From positions 72,914,001 through 72,978,000 of the forward strand of contig CM052816.1 of assembly GCA_028534125.1 (NCBI GenBank): a stretch of DNA of 64,000 nt. The letters run 5' to 3'. Shown here piece by piece: positions 49,206-61,071 of this stretch. Position numbers and translations under genes: made by a program. Below the pieces are notes generated by a model. The model made no database searches, was not told the DNA's origin, and saw nothing but the letters and a program-made list of their open reading frames with translations. This DNA is from Lama glama (taxonomy: Eukaryota). Numbering within the stretch: position 1 is the first letter of the stretch; every line of letters starts with the position of its first letter.

Positions 49206-50699
49206 ATGTTATCAAAAATTTTCTGATTAATAAACCATCATCAGTCAGAGGAAACTTGAGAAAAAAGAGAATTCTCTTCAAATGTTTAAGTGGCCTAGCT
49301 GTCAATCAGAGAAGAATTACCTATAGATCTGTGGGTTTGAACCTGAACCAGCAGAAGGAATTTAACTGGAAACAGATTTAAATCACTTTATGGAAGAATT
49401 TTATTATTTTTAATATAAACTTTTAAAATAAGAAAATTAATAGGTATTTATAGCAGAAATTTTGAAAAATTGAGAGAATTTCAAAGGAAAAAAGAACAGC
49501 ACAGAATCCTAGGGATGGAAAAACTCTTTCGCCTGGAAATAGTTGAATAAAAGTTATTTATTAGAATTTCTTTCACTGTTAGAGATTCTTCAAATTAACT
49601 TTTTTTGATACTCAGTTTTCTTATTGAATTTGAGAACAAATGAGGAGATATAGTTAAGCCATCATTTAGCTAAACAAAAATGACAGGAACATCTGAGAAT
49701 GCCTGCAATAAAGTGTGACCATCTTCATCAGCCTGGCTTGCTATGATGGGTTCTGCTTTGTTGGGATGAGAATTATTTTGTTCCTGTATGTCATGAAATA
49801 TGCAAGTATTGCCCCTCAAACTCACTAAAGGAATTAAAACTATAATTTGGTATTTTCTGAAGATCAATCAATAGCCCTGTATAAAATATACATCCTGTAT
49901 AAAATACTTTATACTTTAGAACAGAACATTGATATTCTGTTAACAGTCTGTTTTTGTCCTAGTTTAAAATAAAGATTATGATTATGTAAATTGAGGTACC
50001 TCCCAGCTAATCATTAACCGAAAGTATGTCACTTAAAAGCTCCTATTGCTTTAATTCACTGCATCCCCCGAACCCAGCCCTGCTAATGTGTTAGTTGGGT
50101 ATGATTTCTGCCAGTAACTGGCCAGAACTTTTACCCAGGCAAATTAACAAGTCATTTCATTGATGCCAGACTACAGTTTTAGTTGCCTTTTCCATGCTTA
50201 AGAGATTTTCTTTTTCTTTGTGACAATACTGAGAATCGTTCAGGAAGATGTTACCTGTTTCTTGTCATTTTACACCCATTATCTTGTTCCATTGCTATCT
50301 TGACATGTTTGCTTCTCACAGCTTTGACTCAGGAGACTGAGATAATAAATGAGTTTAGGCTGTGTTTGGAAAAGACTAGAAATTCTTGAGAATGACTGCC
50401 CTCTGAGAAGCCTGCGCAGCTGCACTCTGCCCCCATTCGGCTCAGCAGGCTGGCCAGGGCTGGCTTCTCTGACTAGCATCAGTAGTTCGTCCCTGCGCAG
50501 AATTTACATTTCCCTCTTGGGTGGAAGAGGAGACCCTTGTGCGAAAGATTGCCATGTAACAGTTGGACCCATTGCTCATATGAATTCCCTGAGAACTCAG
50601 ACAGGAGTGCGGTGAACCTTGCTTCTCCCTCCTCAGGAATAATTGCTGGAGATTGGATGAGGATCTCATTCCATTCAGCACTCCAGTCTATGTCACTTT

Positions 50700-50935
50700 A
50701 GCTTTGTCACCTTCTCTAATCAGCCATGATCCTTTATCCCCTCATCCTGATTTCTTCTTAGCATTTCCATCGTCCAATCTATTGTGCTGTATTTTGTTAT
50801 TCAGTTATGTTTGTCTCCATCCTCCATCAAAATAAGAACAAGGACTCTGCTTTTACCTATTACTGCAACCCCTATGCCTAAAACAGTATCTGGAACTCTG
50901 TAGATATTCAATCATATTTGTTGAATAAATGATAA
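50700..50935 (+). mobile_element. L2 3' fragment
   Basis: AGAACAAGGACTCTG...CCCTATGCCTAAAACAGTATCTGGAAC...ATATTTGTTGAATAAATGA. Confidence 0.7.
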
Positions 50936-52284
50936 ATGACCTTGCTGGAGGGACGTATTATAAAAACAGTTGAAAACTATGATGGTTTGCCTTATCATGC
51001 ACATGTGTTTTCTTGCCTCCCGCATAAGCACTCATGTCAGCATACAAACATAGAAATCAAGAGTGGTTTGCATGATCATCTCCTATGAAAAAGGATCCGT
51101 ACTCAATAAATAGTTATTAACTGAGTAAAGGCATTAATGAAAGCATGAATTTGACAACCAGTGCAGAGTTGTTTTTCTAATTAGAGCTCTGAAAGAAATA
51201 TCTAGGAAGAAAAATAGAAAGAAATGGGGCAGCCTTATTATACTTTCTTGCAAAACTGTGGGGATGTTATGAGAAAGGCGGTGATCTTTTCCTTCTAATT
51301 GTTAATAATGAGATTGTGAGAAAAATCCTAGATCCCCAAATAAAATATAAACCAATGCATCCCATTGGATGATAAATAAGTTGAAATTTTCATAGAAGAG
51401 TTAGGAAAACATTTCAATTTGCTCCTCATTTCACTGAAGATACAATTTTAACTTTTTGGTCAGAGGTGATGACAATTTTTCTCATCAAAAAAGCACAGCT
51501 AAATGGAACAGCAAGGCCTGCCAGAGTGTCTTCCATCTCAAGGTCCAATTTAAAAATAACTTTCTGTCTTCCCTAAAGATATGGTAACAGTGTGAAGAGA
51601 GCCTTGAGCGGCCTCCAGCAGATAGAGGTATTTTCAGTCCTTTAATAAACATTGACTGGATCTACCTTTTAAAGACACAGCTGGCTCCCAGGGCACTTTC
51701 AGACCTACTGTGCATAAGCTGGACCACGAGGAGGTCCTGAGACAGTGGATCACCTTCCAAGAGCCAAGGAGCCAGCAGTACCACATTACCTCCCAGCTCC
51801 TGGGAGGATCTTCTTGGTTTAGTCCTACACATAAATGCACAGATGCTCTCAATGGCCTGGCAGGGTGCCCAGTGCAGGAAAATGTGTGATGCTTCTTCTT
51901 GCAAAGTACCATTAAAAGTCATGGACCATGACCAGACTGAGTTATGAGATGCTCCTTAGCTTTCTGGCTTATTCCTTGTGTCTTCAGTGTCCGTCCAAGT
52001 TTTCTCTATAGCTGTTTCTCAGTTCCTAAATTTTGGGCAATACAGTTTGAGGAAGAATTTCCCCTCACATATATTAAGTAATAAAATATTAAAAAGTACA
52101 TTTCAGAATGCTAATTAAAAAAAACTTGTATCTAGTGCTATGTGTGCAAAGTACTATCTTTATGGGGACTTCTTTAAAGAAAAGAACTTCCAACTTCTGA
52201 CAGCTTTCTCTGACAATCCCTAATGATAATTTTTCTTCCTTTATAAGAAATGAAAATTTCAACTTCTCAAAAATGTTAGACATT

Positions 52285-52420
52285 TAACATACATTAGGTC
52301 ACTCAGTCTTCACTACCATTACTATGATGGGTGATTATGTTTTTAGAGATAAAAGAGCAGAAACACAGAGAAATCAAGTCACACACCTAGTAAACAGTGG
52401 ACTTGAGATTCAAAATCGTG
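52285..52420 (-). mobile_element. MIR fragment
   Basis: TTTTAGAGATAAAAGAGCAGAAACACAGAGAAATCAAG..ACACACCTAGTAAACAGTGGAC..GAGATTCAAA. Confidence 0.55.
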
Positions 52421-53414
52421 TAAAAGTCACCAGTTGCTCCTCAGTAGAGTGTGTGAGGTAAGTCCTCGGATATTTGTTGAGGGAACAGTTATCTGTTGAG
52501 TGTAGAGCCGTTGGGAGGCTTAATGTAGTCAACATAAATCCTCCAAAGTAATTCGGAAACACTCACAGTTCATTTTATTAGTATATTCATTGTAAGTCTC
52601 TCCCAGTATCTCCCAGAAGACTCACTGTCTTCACCACCCTTTTGTCTCACGACTTTGCCCCAGACCAGTTTGGCTGGTCCCATTGTATCCATCAATGAAA
52701 AGGTCCTACTAGAAGTGGTTTGAGGTGTGCTTTGGTGTACCTTTGTGTGTTTCCTACACCCACCTCCTTGCAGCTTCATTCGTAATGCTTAGTTAAATCC
52801 TATTCATATGTGTGCCCTCTTCTGGTGCCCTGGAGAAGTACATAATTTTTTCCCTGACATTCTCTGCTCTTGGGCTATGTCATTTCACATGCAATCTGTA
52901 CCTTTTTTCCTGACAGATCTATCTTGCCCAAGTTCTCAGCCTAATCTTTGAAGACACAGAGCCGGAAAGCCCTGTTGCATGGGAAAGGTCAGTTGGTCAT
53001 GAACTAAAAGAGACAGACAGTTCATGGTTTGCAGCCTCAGAATCAAGTGAGAATGCTTAACTCTCAAAGAAAGCTGACAGAAGCTTCTAAAATGCATCAC
53101 ACTCCCCTACAATGAGAGTTGGATACACAGGGTTGAAAGCTAAGAGACACCACTCTAGCAGTGCCACTCTGTTGTATTTTGAAAAGTTGCCGCAAATTAC
53201 AAATATCAGCTTTTTAAAATATATAATAACCAACACAGAGTTCTTAGAAGGAGGTCATTAGTAGCTTATTCTGTGGTATTTCAGAGAAGTGCTTGAAGTA
53301 ACCAGGGTCATTTCAGTTCCCAGTACCTCATCACGGTAGGCAAAAAAGGCAGCCCTATCATATAAAGACCCCATCCTTTATATGGGAACCACAACACTGC
53401 CAGCATTGAATATT

Positions 53415-53630
53415 TCTTCAGTATTTACTGTGTGCAGGCTTAGCACTAGGAACTTTACATATATTATGATATTTAGTAGCTGAGACAGGTACTGACATTA
53501 TCATCTTCATTTTGCATATGAGGAACTTGAGACATAAGAAAATTAAGTAACTCACCCAATGCACAACTAAGTAAATGGAGCTAAGATTTGAACCCTGGCA
53601 ATATAACTGTTGCATAGCCTTTGCTTGCTT
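53415..53630 (-). mobile_element. MIR SINE
   Basis: TTTACTGTGTGCAGGC...CATTTTGCATATGAGGAACTTGAGACATAAGAAAATTAAGTAACTCACCCAATGCACAACTAAG...GATTTGAACCC. Confidence 0.85.
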
Positions 53631-53632
53631 AA

Positions 53633-55150
53633 CAGGAGCCAGAAGAGTATCCCTTTAAATATATTTGGGTGAAAGGGGCAGAATGGAAAACTGGATAAGC
53701 AATAATTTATTGTCTTGAGGTTACCTTCTCAGGATACAATACTTGAAACTCTGGCAAGGATCTCCAGGAATGTGACAAACACAATGCTAAGATGGCTCTT
53801 AGAGGGATGAAGAAAGACTGGGCTAATGCTGAGCAAAGCAGAATGCCTGAGTTGCCCTGGAAGATGGTAGTGAAGGAATACCAAGATTGAGGGAAGTGGG
53901 TAGGGAGGAATGATACATTATGTAAATTAAGAAAATCCCAGAGGGTGGGAAGGGATAGATGGGATTTCAAAATTGTAGAACAGATAAACAAGATTATACT
54001 GTATAGCGCAGGGAAATATACACAAGATCTTATGGTAGCTCACAGAGAAAAAAATGTGATAATGAATATTTATATGTTCATGTATAACTGAAAAATTATG
54101 CTGAACACTGGAATTTGATACAACATTGTCAAATGATTATAAATCAATAAAAATGTTTTAAAAAATAAATAAAATTAAAAAAAAGAAAATCCCCCAGAGG
54201 GTTGTGTACCATGGAAAGGCTCAGAGGACACGACAAGCTGTTTCCCAAACCTATCAGAAATGATCTGGTATAAGAAGGGTATCAGCAGCACTGAGAAGTT
54301 CAGAGGTGGCTCTGCAGGTCGGGGCTGATGGTAGAGGAAGCAGTTCTAGGCTTGAGCTCATTACTATCCATGGAGATGATGGGGCTTCAAATTAATAGAG
54401 GTTAAATGTTGGTGCATAATTGCCTAACAATTTCTTTAACGGCAACAAGGTTGAAGGGACATCCAGTGGGCTTTGCTTGGCCCGCATAGGGTTGTGGAGA
54501 TGGCTAATAGAACATGGTGTCCCTACAAAAAAAAGTAGACTGGCAAGTACTTTTTTAAGGTTAATGTGAACAATTAAAAGGATGTAAGGATGAAAGAAAA
54601 GGAGACTGAAGATGGTAAGAAGTCACAATCTCTTGCTTAGACCCCAGAACTAAGTTCATTTTCAAATCCAGAACCCACTGACAGAAGAAGTGATTGGTTC
54701 ACTAAGAGAAAACAACATGAAATACCATGGCAAATGTGTTCTGTGATGATTTCCCCAATTCTTCCTCAAAGGAACCTATGCATATTTACTTAGGTGACTT
54801 TTCCTGGAGGAATAAGAATAACCAGACATTCCAAAGACTATTAGACCTGGTGTCTGAGCTGATACCCAGAGAACCAAAGCATCATCACAGTCACCCTATT
54901 AGAGTAGGGGCAGAGTGATAAATGAATTTCCTGCACATAGTGCCCATGGCCAAGTGTTCTCTCTTAATCAGGGCCCAGTTATGCACCAAGAGCTGTTTCT
55001 CAAAAGGTTTATACTCTAGCAATGACATCAGATTCATGCAATGGATGCAACAAGGACTTCTACTTAGTTAAGCCTACACTAATCTACATTCTGTCATCAC
55101 TCTCCTGGATTCATCTAGATTCTACAGAAGTAGAAGGGCAAATTAAATCT
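53633..55150 (+). mobile_element. Decayed ERVL (HERV16/ERV3-16A3-like) internal region: gag and protease relics, interrupted by an L1
   Basis: Translation across frameshifts and stops gives QEPEEYP...LETLARIS...MLRWLLEG...MPELPWKMV/EGIPRLREVG...ENPP..VPWKGSEDT..IRNDLV..LRSSEVAL..LSSLLSMEMMG (ERVL gag). It also gives NNQTFQRLLDLVSEL-IPREPKHHHSHPIRVGA, similar to ERVL protease NNQTFRGLLDTGSELTLIPGDPK. Confidence 0.85.
53947..54182 (+). mobile_element. Young camelid-type L1 3' end inserted in ERVL gag, with TSD
   Basis: GGGAAGGGATAGATGGGATTTCAAAATTGTAG...TCAATAAAAATG plus A-tail. TSD AAGAAAATCCC(CC)AGAGGGT at 53929-53946 and 54183-54202, at a TT|AAGAAAA site. Confidence 0.92.
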
Positions 55151-55157
55151 AGATATG

Positions 55158-55594
55158 TATGATGCTTAATTTTGTATATCAACTTGACTGGGCCATCGAG
55201 TACCCAGACATTTAGTTAAACATTATTTGAGGTGTGTCTGTGAAGAAGTTTCTGGGTAAGAGCAGAGACTGAGTAAAGAAAATTGCCCTACTTGATGTGA
55301 GTGGGGCCTCGTCAATCAATGGAAGACCTGACTGACTGAGTTGAGACATTCATCTTTTCCTGCCTTTGGACTCAAATGGAAACACTGGTTCTTCTAGGGT
55401 CTTGAGCCTGCTGGTTTTCAGACTGGAACTTAAGAAAGCTGTCCTGGTTCTTAGACTTTTGACTCAAGCTAGAACTACATCAGTGACTCTCCTGAGTCTC
55501 CAGCTTGCTGACAGCAGCTCTTGGGGCTTCTCAGCCTCCATATCATGTAAAGTGATTCCTTACAATAAACCCCTTTCTCTATCTGCCTGCCTGC

Positions 55595-55632
<38 letters not shown>

Positions 55633-55656
55633 ATTTACCTACCTACCTACCTATTT
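55158..55656 (+). mobile_element. MLT2 (ERVL) LTR, with internal (TCTG)/(TC)/(TACC) microsatellite
   Basis: TATGATGCTTAATTTTGTATATCAACTTGACTGGGCCA...CCCAGACATTTAGTTAAACATTATT...CTTCTCAGCCTCCAT...AATAAAC. Confidence 0.85.
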
Positions 55657-55664
55657 AACCTTTC

Positions 55665-56008
55665 AAACTCTTTCTCTAAAATTCATCAGTGAGTTTGCAC
55701 CAAGGCTGCATTTCCCACTGACTACTGCTTCTCCAGGACTGGCAGGAAGAGATAGTAATGCAGGCCTATTCCTGGGAGATGTAAGGCTCTTTTGACTGCA
55801 ACCTTGGCTCAAGGACTCCTTATTGACTTTGTCACAATGTTCTTAGACATGCACATCAGTCTAAGACTTTTCTGACTCAACCTTTATCACAGGAGTTAGA
55901 CTGCTACCACAGTGTGTCAGCCCCCTTTATATCATAGGTATTTTCCCCAAGATATCCCTTTACCATCTAGTCATATCGTGGTGTCTTCCTGAAGGACCTG
56001 AATAGAAG
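55665..56008 (+). mobile_element. LTR16-like ERVL LTR (probable 3' LTR of the provirus at 53633)
   Basis: TAATGCAGGCCTATTCCTGGGAGATG...CTTGGCTCAAGGACTCC...TCTTCCTGAAGGACCTGAA. Confidence 0.7.
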
Positions 56009-56039
56009 AAGGGAAGCTTACTTTTCAATTTTGCCTTGG

Positions 56040-56390
56040 TCTGTATTCTTCCAAAAAGCAGCACTTGAGATAACTTCTTGGGTTCGGTCTATCTGGGAGA
56101 CATTCCCAGGATGCTGAAGTGGGGAAGCAGAGAGAGTGCGACAAGGAAGGAAGATAAGCCAATATGAGGATGTGTTATGGAGGTTACTGTAGTGGGCAGT
56201 GGGGACTCCACTACTCCTAGAATCTTCATCGTAAAGGACAGGAGCTGGATCGTTTATCCATGAGCTGCTGCCCCCGTTGTTGAGGGTTTCTCCACAGTTC
56301 CAGGCTGTGCTGGGTTGGTTCCTGCACATCAGAGAATGTGTTAGGGCAGAGTGTGAGATGCATGGTGCAGGGGAGAACAGGGCCACTGCT
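56040..56390 (-). mobile_element. LTR33-like ERVL LTR
   Basis: AAGCAGCACTTGAGATAA...TCTATCTGGGAG..TCCCAGGA...GACAAGGAAGGAAGATAAGCCAATA...TTACTGTAGTGGGCAGTGGGGACTC. Confidence 0.7.
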
Positions 56391-56511
56391 GATCTTTTCC
56401 TCTTTGAATTTCTAGTGACTTAAACACTTATTTGTTTCTCAATAAACACTGAATAACTGAATAAGTAAATGAATGAACAAGGAAACGATGGATTGTTTAA
56501 GATCCTCTACT

Positions 56512-56706
56512 TTAGCAGTCCTCAAGTACCAGTCTGTGAATGGACAGTATCAGAATCATCTCTGGAGATTAAAAAAAAAAGTCAAATATTTTAAGGTTTT
56601 ATCTTTTGAATACCGATGATATGGTAGACTTGATATAACCCAATTATCTGTTTTTAAAAAAATGTCTTCTGTGACTTAAAGGTAGAGCCCACACTGGGGT
56701 CTACTG
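56512..56706. mobile_element. MER5B-like hAT-Charlie element
   Basis: AGCAGTCCTCAAGT...CAGTATCAGAATCATCTCTGGAG...ATCTGTTTTTAAAAA...CTGGGGTCTACTG. Confidence 0.55.
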
Positions 56707-58344
56707 ATCTGATCTCACCAACTAAAGCTCCTCTTTCTTTGCTTCTAGTGGAAGATACTTTGTGATATGTTCTCCCAAACACCTGAGCTGTAGCTTTTTA
56801 GGTTTTGTGTGTAAATCTTTCACTCAGTTTGACGTTTTCCATTTGCCAGTGATTGAGGACAGTTTTAGAGACAGAAATAAAATCTATAATTATATGTCAT
56901 TTCAGGTATAGACAATATTTTCCCACCACAGTTTAGTACTAACTGAAGTGAATTAAGTTTCACATCTTTCCATTTCCCAGTTAGGAATTATCAGGAGTTA
57001 ATAATTCTAAACCCACCTTAAATAAAAGGTATCTTCAAAAGGAGTGTCTCAGTGCTCATGATTGGAGCTGAGCTCAAGAGCAGACACAGAAATGACCAGA
57101 GGCCAGGCTTTTGGCATTGCTCAGTTTCACTTCTGGTAACTTTTAATTCTGTCATTTAAATGCATAGACTAAAGGATAGAAAAAGAAGTTTTCTACAATT
57201 TTAAGAACTGAAGTTTTAAAGAGTGAGGGAAATAGATATAAGAAAGAGGGTGTAGGAATTTTGAGGTATAAAAGCATGCGTCACACTTGTCCTAGAATCT
57301 TGTGGGCACACTTTTTAGTTTTAATACATATGGGGAAGCAGCTGCTTTGATGTCATCTTTTGGCCACTCAGAGCCACCCTCTGTCTTTTTCAGGGGTTTC
57401 ATCCAAACAATTCCATGTATAAATTAATATGTAAAATCAAGACTTCTATTATCTCTTTCAGGCCACACTATCTCAGAACAAGATGACAGTAATCATGGAG
57501 CAGGAAAAAGGATGTGACCCATAAACATCTTAGCACTGCCTCTGACTTAAATATATTTTCACATTATAGAATAATGTAGACTCAGAAAATTCAAAAGATT
57601 CTAAGAAGGAAAAAATGGAAGATAAAGGCAACCAAATATAATTAAAGTTGTGGTTTTATTTCTTTGTAGTTATATGTGCTTATTAGTTTCGAGTAGTCTG
57701 TAGGTTAATCAATGAATACATGAAAAATGGCTGATAAATGGATAGATAATGTCATTCTCTTATATACAACATTTTTACATACTTTTTCAAACTCACAAGT
57801 ATAATTATTCATTGAAAATATTTTATAGAAATTTTAATGGCTGCCTGCACATATTCTTTATTTATTTAACCTTTTCCAAATTGTTACCTAGATTCATTTT
57901 CCCTTTTCCCCCCTAGTATCAGTCACAGTATCATGATCATATATATACAGAAAGTTTTTTAAGATATCAACCATTATTTCTTTAATTTTATAAAAGAAGA
58001 ATCATGGTGTCAAAAAGTTTGAAAGTTTGTACATGTCTTGACGTGATATTTTTAAGCCCTTGAGGAAAAGCCAAATGGAAGAAAGAAAACACTATAAATG
58101 TTCATGTGGATTGCACAGTGTTTCTATTTTTAGTATATAATTGTTTGGACATAAGCTGGAGAAAAGGACAAAGAAGTGTAGGAATACGTGGGTCTAAAAA
58201 GGTGTTTCCCGCTGGAAAGCATGATGGTGGCATGGGGATCTCCCCCCTCTTTTCCTCCCACTGCACCTTAGCCTTCTTGGATTATCACATGGTTAAGATT
58301 AGGAAGCAGCTGTGAACTGTCAGGCACAAATGGGAAGATATCTT

Positions 58345-58710
58345 CCATTTATTCACTCAACGAATGTTGATTGAGTTACTACTGCGTGCCAGGAAACATT
58401 AGGTCCTGGAGATACAGAAGTGAAAGAGAAGGACAAAATCCACTGAGGAGTCAGGAGAGTAGGTGCGAGGCAGAGGATTTCAAGCAGGTCACGCATAGGA
58501 AGTAACCAGCTGAATTGCTGCCTTGGATTTGGGGGTCAAGGAAAGGCTCTCGGCAGAAGACAAGCTGAAGCTCAGATGCAAAGGGCAAGAAGGAATCAAT
58601 TCTATTGGCCCTCAAAGAGAAAGACTCTCAAAGCATGATGAACAATGAGGACAAGTTTTCTTGGTAAAGAGTTTGCTCTGTCATAGGAAATAAATGAAGG
58701 GCGGTGCCAT
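58345..58710 (-). mobile_element. L2 fragment
   Basis: CATTTATTCACTCAACGAATGTTGATTGAGTTACTACTGCGTGCCAGG...CTGGAGATACAGAAGTGAA. Confidence 0.75.
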
Positions 58711-58929
58711 TGAAATCTATCACCCTCTTCAATTATGAATCTAGGGAAAATAAAACAATATAGCATAAGAAGTATCTGTTATTTTATTATTAGAAATCAC
58801 ATATCCTTTCATATTAAATTATAGTTTTGCAGCTATATTTAAATTATATTTATACTCATTATGTTAAAATTATAGTAGCTATTATATCTGTTGCTAAATG
58901 TTATTATTTCATGTTTTAATAAAATAGCA

Positions 58930-59098
58930 TATTTATTACTGTAACAAATTTCTTTTAAAAATATTTTGATGACTACATCAACATAATTGGTTTGCTTTTT
59001 TAACTTTATGACTTTCAAACATTATTCTGAAAAAGAAATCATAATTTCATCAAGAAGTTGAGAGGATTTATGGCACCAAAAACAATATGGACCATTGT
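58930..59098. mobile_element. hAT-Charlie remnant (MER113-like)
   Basis: AAAAATATTTTGATGACTAC..CAACATAATTGGTTT...AAACATTATTCTGAAAA...TTATGGCACCAAAAA...GACCATTG. Confidence 0.55.
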
Positions 59099-59239
59099 CG
59101 AAAGAAAAGGAGAAAGTTTGTGGAATTTTTATCAACAATGTGATAGAGATTGAATCATTAGTTCTTGGGTTGTCCAAACCAAAGAGTCAATTAACCCAAA
59201 TAACCACAGCAAAAATTCGTATGTGCTTTTTTCTTTTTC

Positions 59240-60045
59240 TTTTTTAAAAATCAGCTTTACGGTGACACATCATAATTACCTCAAGTCCATAGTTTGAATT
59301 AGGATTCATTCTTCATGTTGTACATTCTGTGGAGTTAGATAAATGCATCATGACATGTATCCACCATTATAGTAGCATACAAAGTTGCTTCACTGCCTCC
59401 AAAATCCTCTGTGCTCCACCAATTTATCCCTTCTTCCCCACTACCCCCTGGCAACCACTGTCTCCATAGGTTTTTCCTGTTCCAGAATGTCATATAGTTG
59501 GAATCATACAGTGCATAGCCTTTTCAGATTGATTTCTTTCACTTAGTAATATGCATTTAAGTTTCCTCCATGTCTTTACATGGCCTGATGGCTCATCTCT
59601 GAATAATATTCCATTGTCTGGATATACCTAAGTTTATTATCCATTCACTTCTTAAAGGACATGATGGCTTCTGGGTTTTGGCATTATAAATAAAGCTACT
59701 GTAAACATGTGTGCAGGTTGTTATGTAGAGATGAGATTTTAATTCTTTTGGTTAAATAACAGAGTAAGGTTGCTAGATTGTAGAATAAAAGTATGTTTAG
59801 TTTTGTAAGAAGCACCAAACTGTCTTCTGAAGTGGCTGGACCATTTTGCATTCCCACCAGAAACAAATGAAAGTTACTGTTGCTCCACATCCTCATTGGC
59901 ATTTGTTATTGTCAGTGTCATGGATTTTGGCCATTCTAATGGGTGCACAGTGGTACCTTATTGTTATTTTAAATTGTGGTTCCCTGATGACATATGACGT
60001 GGAGCATCTTTTCATGTGCTTAGTTGCCATCTGTATATCTTGTTT
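59240..60045 (-). mobile_element. L1MC1/2-like 3' fragment
   Basis: GACATGTATCCACCATTATAGTAGCATAC...AAAATCCTCTGTGCTCCACC...CCATTTTGCATTCCCACCAG...GGAGCATCTTTTCATGTGCTT. Confidence 0.85.
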
Positions 60046-61071
60046 GTTGATTTCTTAGTTCAAACAGGCGCATAGTTTCTCCCTAGCAAAGGACCTTTCA
60101 TTTGAAAGTGGCTAGTAGATGTTTGTTCAGGTAGTTGAATTTGGCTGCAAAGAATATGGAATCCATTTCATTGGTGATTTCCCAACTCAAAAGTTCGTTG
60201 CAGTTCAATGAGGGCCTCTTCTAGATATTTCAATGTTTAAATGTTTAAAGAATCAAAAATTTCCCTTAGAAAGTAGTGAACCTAATAAATTTGTAGGGAA
60301 GCTTCCAGTAGACATGCTTTATTAGAGGACCATAAAATGTACCATTAAATGAAAAGGATAATTTTCCAGCCTTCTCACTGCCATTTTGCAGTTGCTCAGA
60401 AATCTTTGAGAGGGCTTCACCCCTCATTAGATGAAATCCCAACTGGATCACTGTGATGTGACAAGTAATTTGGCCTCTTCAATTCTGTCAACACAGTTAG
60501 AAAACTGAATGAAAATTGAATTATTGTGAATCAACCTTTGTACCTCAGTTTATTTTCCCTGGGTAAAGGACAAGTAAGCATTTTTCATTTACTCATAGTG
60601 GGAAAAATAATCCTTTGAATTGATTATAGGAGTCTTTAACTAATGAAGTCATCTCTGGGGTCACCACTTTAGATGTCTAAAGATAATTTGGTGCAACATA
60701 CTTAGTACTTACCCAAAAATAAAATGCACTTATTTGATAACTGAAGAGTTGAACTATGCACGCTTTATCAGCAAGTTGTGACATTTGCATTTAAAATTTA
60801 CCCTTACAGGTCAGATTGAAGAAATAATTATGAATATGCACGACTAGAGGTGTTGAAATATTATTTAGTCATCCTGAAAAAAATATTGCTTTGATTCTCT
60901 GTTGAGATTTCCAATACAGTTTTCCTTGAAAATAATTGAGGCTTTGTCATGGAGAACAGGTTGGTTTGCTTGTTTGTTTGTTTTAGGATCAAATATGTTT
61001 TTAGAAATTTCTGGATATTCGATGGATTAGAAATGATAACTATTTTCTAGTACTCCTGGAATTTTATTCTG

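Noticed and set aside
58328..58350. 14-bp palindrome GGAAGATATCTTCC with bulged extension
   Set aside because: 7-bp arms are expected several times by chance in this length.
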